This document shows, in pieces, positions 28,714-32,000 of a stretch of 32,000 nt of DNA. The stretch is taken from contig JAPZAR010000030.1 in NCBI GenBank assembly GCA_027460535.1, forward strand, positions 89,827 to 121,826. The letters are read 5' to 3'. The notes beneath the pieces were generated by a model. The model was given only the letters and a program-made list of their open reading frames with translations, was not told where the DNA came from and did not search any database. How positions within the stretch are numbered: the first letter of the stretch is position 1; each line of letters opens with the position of its first letter. A program made the translations under genes and the position numbers. Origin of the DNA: Candidatus Methanoperedens sp. (GTDB taxonomy: Archaea > Halobacteriota > Methanosarcinia > Methanosarcinales > Methanoperedenaceae).

Positions 28714-30114
28714 TTATTTTTCGCGATCAAGGCCAAATTCCTTATGAAGAACCTGGACCGCTTTTTTAGCGCCTTCTTCGCTCACGACGAATGAGATATT
28801 GTGCTGGGATGAGCCCTGGCTTATCATTATCACATTGACAGCGGCTTTCCCCAGCGCCCCGAAAACCCGCCCTGCAACACCAGGAGTATTTGCCATGCCA
28901 GCGCCCACAACTGCCACAACAGAGATGTTCCTGTCGTGGGTCACTTCTTTAATTGTCCCGTTCTTGAATTCAGATTTTATCGATTTGACGGCTTTATCGA
29001 GATGGTTTTCATCCACGACAAGGGAAATATTCGCCTCCGAAGAACCCTGGCTTATCATTATGATATTTACACCGGCGTTCGCCAGAGTAGTGAACACACG
29101 GGCTGCCACACCGATCGTCCCAACCATCCCGGCTCCTGATATGTTGATGAGCGCAACGTTCTTTATCACGGTAACGGCTTTTACGATATCCTTGCTCGGC
29201 TTCAGGTCTTTCACAACAATGGTTCCCGGTGATTCGGGATCGAATGTGTTCTTAACTCTTACCGGTATACCGTGCTTTATTGCAGGTTCAATCGCTCTTG
29301 GATGCAGTACTTTTGCACCGAAATAGGAAAGCTCCATTGCCTCTATATATGAAATAACCGGTATTGTCCTTGCTTCAGGAACGATCTTTGGGTCGGTCGT
29401 GAGAATACCATGCACTTCCTTCCATAGCCATATCTCGTCAGCTTTAAGAGCGGCCCCGATTATGGATGCCGAGAAATCCGAACCACCGCGGCCGAGCGTT
29501 GTAATGATCCCGGCTTCATTCTCCCCGATAAAACCCGTGATAACTGGGATATTATCGCTTAGGAGGGGTTCGATACGTTCCCTCACAAGAGAATATGTTT
29601 TTTCAAGAGGTTTTGCATTGCCGTATTCATCTGTGGTTATTATCCCTGCTTCCCCTCCAGTAAAAGATCTGGATCTAACTCCAATGGAGTTAAGTGAACC
29701 GCACAGGATGGGAGCAGCCAGCCGTTCGCCATAGGATGAGATGTAGTCAATTGAACGTACCGTTAGTTCACCGAGGTAGCAAATACCAATGAGTGCTTTC
29801 TCAAGTTCTTCTATGCGGGAATCGATCTCCTGCGTTACTTTTTCAACGATCCCATTTGTGTTAATGGCATCGTGTGCGGCCTGGTGGTGCTGCTTGGTCA
29901 GGTCGGCGATGAATTCCTTTACCACCGATGTTTTCCCGGTTTCTGAAGCCTCTTTAGCACTTTTCAAGAGTGAATCGGTAACGCCGCTGAGAGCTGAAGT
30001 CACAAGAACTATCTCATTTCCATTATCTTTATACCCCTTTACCAGTTCTGCGACGTGCTTCATACGGGGGCCATCGCCCACTGAAGTACCGCCGAATTTC
30101 ATCACCAGTCTCAT
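28714..30114 (-). CDS. Aspartate kinase (monofunctional, two C-terminal ACT domains)
   Basis: Start chosen at MRLVMKFGGTSV (ATG 30114), the canonical aspartokinase N-terminus. The ORF is open for 74 more codons upstream to 30336 (see findings). Also present: VVTSA, GRGGSD and duplicated ACT-like segments. Confidence 0.9.
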   Translation of the reverse strand: MRLVMKFGGTSVGDGPRMKHVAELVKGYKDNGNEIVLVTSALSGVTDSLLKSAKEASETGKTSVVKEFIADLTKQHHQAAHDAINTNGIVEKVTQEIDSRIEELEKALIGICYLGELTVRSIDYISSYGERLAAPILCGSLNSIGVRSRSFTGGEAGIITTDEYGNAKPLEKTYSLVRERIEPLLSDNIPVITGFIGENEAGIITTLGRGGSDFSASIIGAALKADEIWLWKEVHGILTTDPKIVPEARTIPVISYIEAMELSYFGAKVLHPRAIEPAIKHGIPVRVKNTFDPESPGTIVVKDLKPSKDIVKAVTVIKNVALINISGAGMVGTIGVAARVFTTLANAGVNIIMISQGSSEANISLVVDENHLDKAVKSIKSEFKNGTIKEVTHDRNISVVAVVGAGMANTPGVAGRVFGALGKAAVNVIMISQGSSQHNISFVVSEEGAKKAVQVLHKEFGLDREK

Positions 30115-30211
30115 GGGGTTTCCAATCGTTCGAGGTTCTATTAAAGATTTTGCAAATAAATTCCATGGCGATAAATAGAGCCATCTATTATATGCACTGC
30201 GAATCCATTGC

Positions 30212-30227
30212 GTGAAAAGCTTTTCAC
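30212..30227. promoter_or_regulatory. Perfect 16-nt palindrome GTGAAAAGCTTTTCAC upstream of aspartate kinase (candidate operator or RNA hairpin)
   Basis: Read directly. It lies about 100 nt upstream of the 30114 start. On the coding strand, a TATA-like CATATAATAG follows about 20 nt downstream. Confidence 0.3.
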
Positions 30228-30363
30228 CGCATGCAGCGCACCCGCCGGATTTGAGCAGGCCATACCTGTTCTCCATGGCGCTCATGGGGCTGCCTGTGAG
30301 GATTTCTCCATCACACCTCCGGGTAAGGCACTCCATGTGGTGGGCGTTATGATCTGATGTAAT

Positions 30364-30759
30364 TTATGATGAAACAGGTTTGCTATGTTTCAATTGCTTA
30401 AGCCGTTTTATTCTTGACAATGTTATCTCTGCATCTTTATTCCGCTTTTTTTCGAAGTCCGCTATTATCTTATCCGCACCAACTTTAAGCGAGTAAATTT
30501 TAAACGGTCTGCCCTTACCTTGCGTTTTCTTTTGTTCCCACTCGATTATCCAGTCGCGTTCTTTTAACTCCTTCATGGCAACGCTGACTTCAGGTTGATG
30601 CAATCGAGCACCTTTCTCAAGTTCAATCGCTGTAGTTTCATTCACATTCCTGAGATAGGCAAGCGTCCTTGCAACGTTCCTGTTCATCCCAAGATTAATG
30701 AGTGCTTCTGCAAATTCTTCATCTTTCTCATCAAGTTGTTTTATATTGAGGGATTTCAT
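30364..30759 (-). CDS. Winged-helix transcriptional regulator (ArsR/COG4738-like)
   Basis: 131 aa. LGMNRNVARTLAYLRNVNETTAIELEKGARLHQPEVSVAMKELKERDWI is an HTH plus wing (GKGRPFKIYSL), a pattern common in methanogen ArsR-like regulators. Confidence 0.8.
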   Translation of the reverse strand: MKSLNIKQLDEKDEEFAEALINLGMNRNVARTLAYLRNVNETTAIELEKGARLHQPEVSVAMKELKERDWIIEWEQKKTQGKGRPFKIYSLKVGADKIIADFEKKRNKDAEITLSRIKRLKQLKHSKPVSS

Positions 30760-31034
30760 ATAGACTCCAACTCCTATAATATATTATATAATAAATTGTT
30801 ACTATTAAAGCTTTCCATTATATCAGCATAGTCTTGAGGTAAACGTATATTTTTCTTGGCAACAATAATTCCATGATATTTTTCTATCTGATCAGGCAAG
30901 ATTTGATCATGCAGGTATACATGCCGTCTGCTTATGCCTGAAAACAAGGAATATGGCGGTCTCCTTTGAGTTCGTTCTATGCCTCACACCTGAACCGGGT
31001 TTTGATTCATAATTGGATTAACCTATTCAATACA

Positions 31035-31535
31035 TCACCCAATTTTAGAGAACCACTTTTTATCTCCAAGAACTACAGATGTTTTTATCTTAAGTTCAGG
31101 AGTTGACCAATATTTCCTTTGTAACCCGTATCCCTCCTCCAGGGGAACCAATCTAAACCCATTTTTTTCATAGAATCGAATCGCATTGATATCATTCAAC
31201 CATGTGGCAATCAAGATGGGTTCTTGTGTAAGTTTTTGAAGATAGGATAATAATTTTTCCCCTATACCCCGGTTCTGTTTGGTCGGGCACACATAAGCAT
31301 GTCTTATTAGAGTCACATCTTGTTTCTGTTGAATACCCATTACACCGACCAGTTCTCCATTTTCTTCATAGCCATAAAGTACTATTCCTTCATCCAGCTC
31401 ATGTCTCAGTTCTTCTTTGGACATGTATGGCTCTTTCCAATATTCTGCGGGGATAATTCCTTTATATACCCAGGCAGCACCATTGATGATCTCGTAAATC
31501 CTGTCGAGATCAAGATTATTGTATTTTCGTATCAC
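31035..31535 (-). CDS. GNAT family N-acetyltransferase
   Basis: 166 aa. Acetyl-CoA-binding motif VCPTKQNRGIGEKLLSYL (Q/RxxGxG/A) and C-terminal FYEKNGF. Confidence 0.85.
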   Translation of the reverse strand: MIRKYNNLDLDRIYEIINGAAWVYKGIIPAEYWKEPYMSKEELRHELDEGIVLYGYEENGELVGVMGIQQKQDVTLIRHAYVCPTKQNRGIGEKLLSYLQKLTQEPILIATWLNDINAIRFYEKNGFRLVPLEEGYGLQRKYWSTPELKIKTSVVLGDKKWFSKIG

Positions 31536-31590
31536 GATTTAATGCCTCTTTCATAATGCATATACCATAATAACGGCACTGTGATTAAGA

Positions 31591-31833
31591 TTATAAGTAA
31601 ACTCCAATAGAACGGGCTGTCGTATTTGATTTTCGTCCCCCTTCTTTTCCAGGATGAGAAAAGACCGTAAATGCACAATAAACAATAATATAGACAATAA
31701 TATCTCTTGATAAAGTATCTGCTGGAACGTGTAAACCATTCTTGAGCGCAACAACAAGGCTTAACAAACAGATTCCAGCTACTATTGAGACTTTATCTTT
31801 ATCATTTAATTTCATAATTTTGTATTGCACCAT
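31591..31833 (-). CDS. Hypothetical small membrane protein (uncertain)
   Basis: 80-aa ORF with two hydrophobic stretches. It competes with an overlapping same-strand ORF (31551-31757) in an AT-rich region. No homology recognised. Confidence 0.25.
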   Translation of the reverse strand: MVQYKIMKLNDKDKVSIVAGICLLSLVVALKNGLHVPADTLSRDIIVYIIVYCAFTVFSHPGKEGGRKSNTTARSIGVYL

Positions 31834-31932
31834 TGGTTTTACTCAATTGTTTCAGGATAGGGGTGGTTACCAATTCATGAGTTAGCCTTATAAATTTAAC
31901 TATTTTTTATACTTGCAGCAAAATTTATTATA

Positions 31933-31981
31933 TACATCCCCTCATTAATATTTTAATCACAAATTCCAAAGAGGGGATGTA
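31933..31981. repeat. 11-bp perfect inverted repeat TACATCCCCTC / GAGGGGATGTA with a 27-nt AT-rich spacer
   Basis: Read directly at the window edge. The spacer contains a nested ATTAA...TTAAT. Confidence 0.6.
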
Positions 31982-32000
31982 CATTGGAGTTTAATGTAGA

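Noticed and set aside
30115-30360. A lysine riboswitch (L-box) in the aspartate kinase leader.
   Set aside because: Some short resemblances exist (GGAGUGCCUU...GGAG), but I could not find the conserved L-box core elements in order by eye. Lysine riboswitches are essentially bacterial. This is left as a covariance-model check, not a call.
30833-31010. A minus-strand open frame of about 68 codons (…ISRRHVYLHDQILPDQIEKYHGIIVAKKNIRLPQDYADIMESFN…) between the wHTH regulator and the GNAT gene.
   Set aside because: There is no start codon near its 5' end and no family recognised. It may be a gene remnant, but this cannot be supported from sequence alone.
31035-31833. GNAT plus an upstream small ORF as a GNAT-toxin/RHH-antitoxin (TacT/AtaT-like) pair.
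   Set aside because: The candidate upstream ORFs are hydrophobic with no RHH/DUF1778 pattern. The GNAT looks like a generic acetyltransferase.

Overview
The window looks like a chromosomal segment of a euryarchaeon, probably Methanosarcinales or Methanomicrobia-like. This is inferred from an archaeal FEN-1 with a C-terminal PIP box, Trm-G10, a tRNA without encoded CCA, MASE3/HisKA_2 sensor kinases and leaderless-style TATA spacing. Roughly 1-11.6 kb is an accessory cell-envelope region. It holds an ABC-2 permease with a secreted N-glycosylatable protein, a processive GT2 synthase, a GT-C membrane glycosyltransferase, two divergently oriented paralogous B12-binding radical-SAM genes, two gene remnants, and an AT-rich single-gene insertion. 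That insertion encodes a DUF4062 (TIR-like) protein and is flanked by 13-bp direct repeats. The rest is mostly housekeeping: fen, mdh, truA, Trm-G10, aspartate kinase, an ITPase and tRNA-Arg(TCG). Interspersed with these are signalling genes (MASE3-PAS histidine kinase, REC-PAS and REC-only regulators, an RHH/V4R-like protein, a membrane-anchored wHTH regulator). There is also a full set of bacterial-type queuosine genes (tgt, queA, queH), which is unexpected in an archaeon. No CRISPR array, rRNA, transposase or integrase was seen. Best candidates for novelty: (1) the repeat-flanked DUF4062 cassette as a possible one-gene defence module; (2) the queuosine gene set with an adjacent DUF62 SAM hydrolase; (3) the inverted B12-rSAM pair bracketing glycosylation genes, with a 29-nt identical patch; (4) a GC-rich, hairpin-rich ~160-bp element with 9-bp direct repeats in the mdh/truA divergent intergenic region. 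All family assignments rest on motif recognition by eye; no database search was run.
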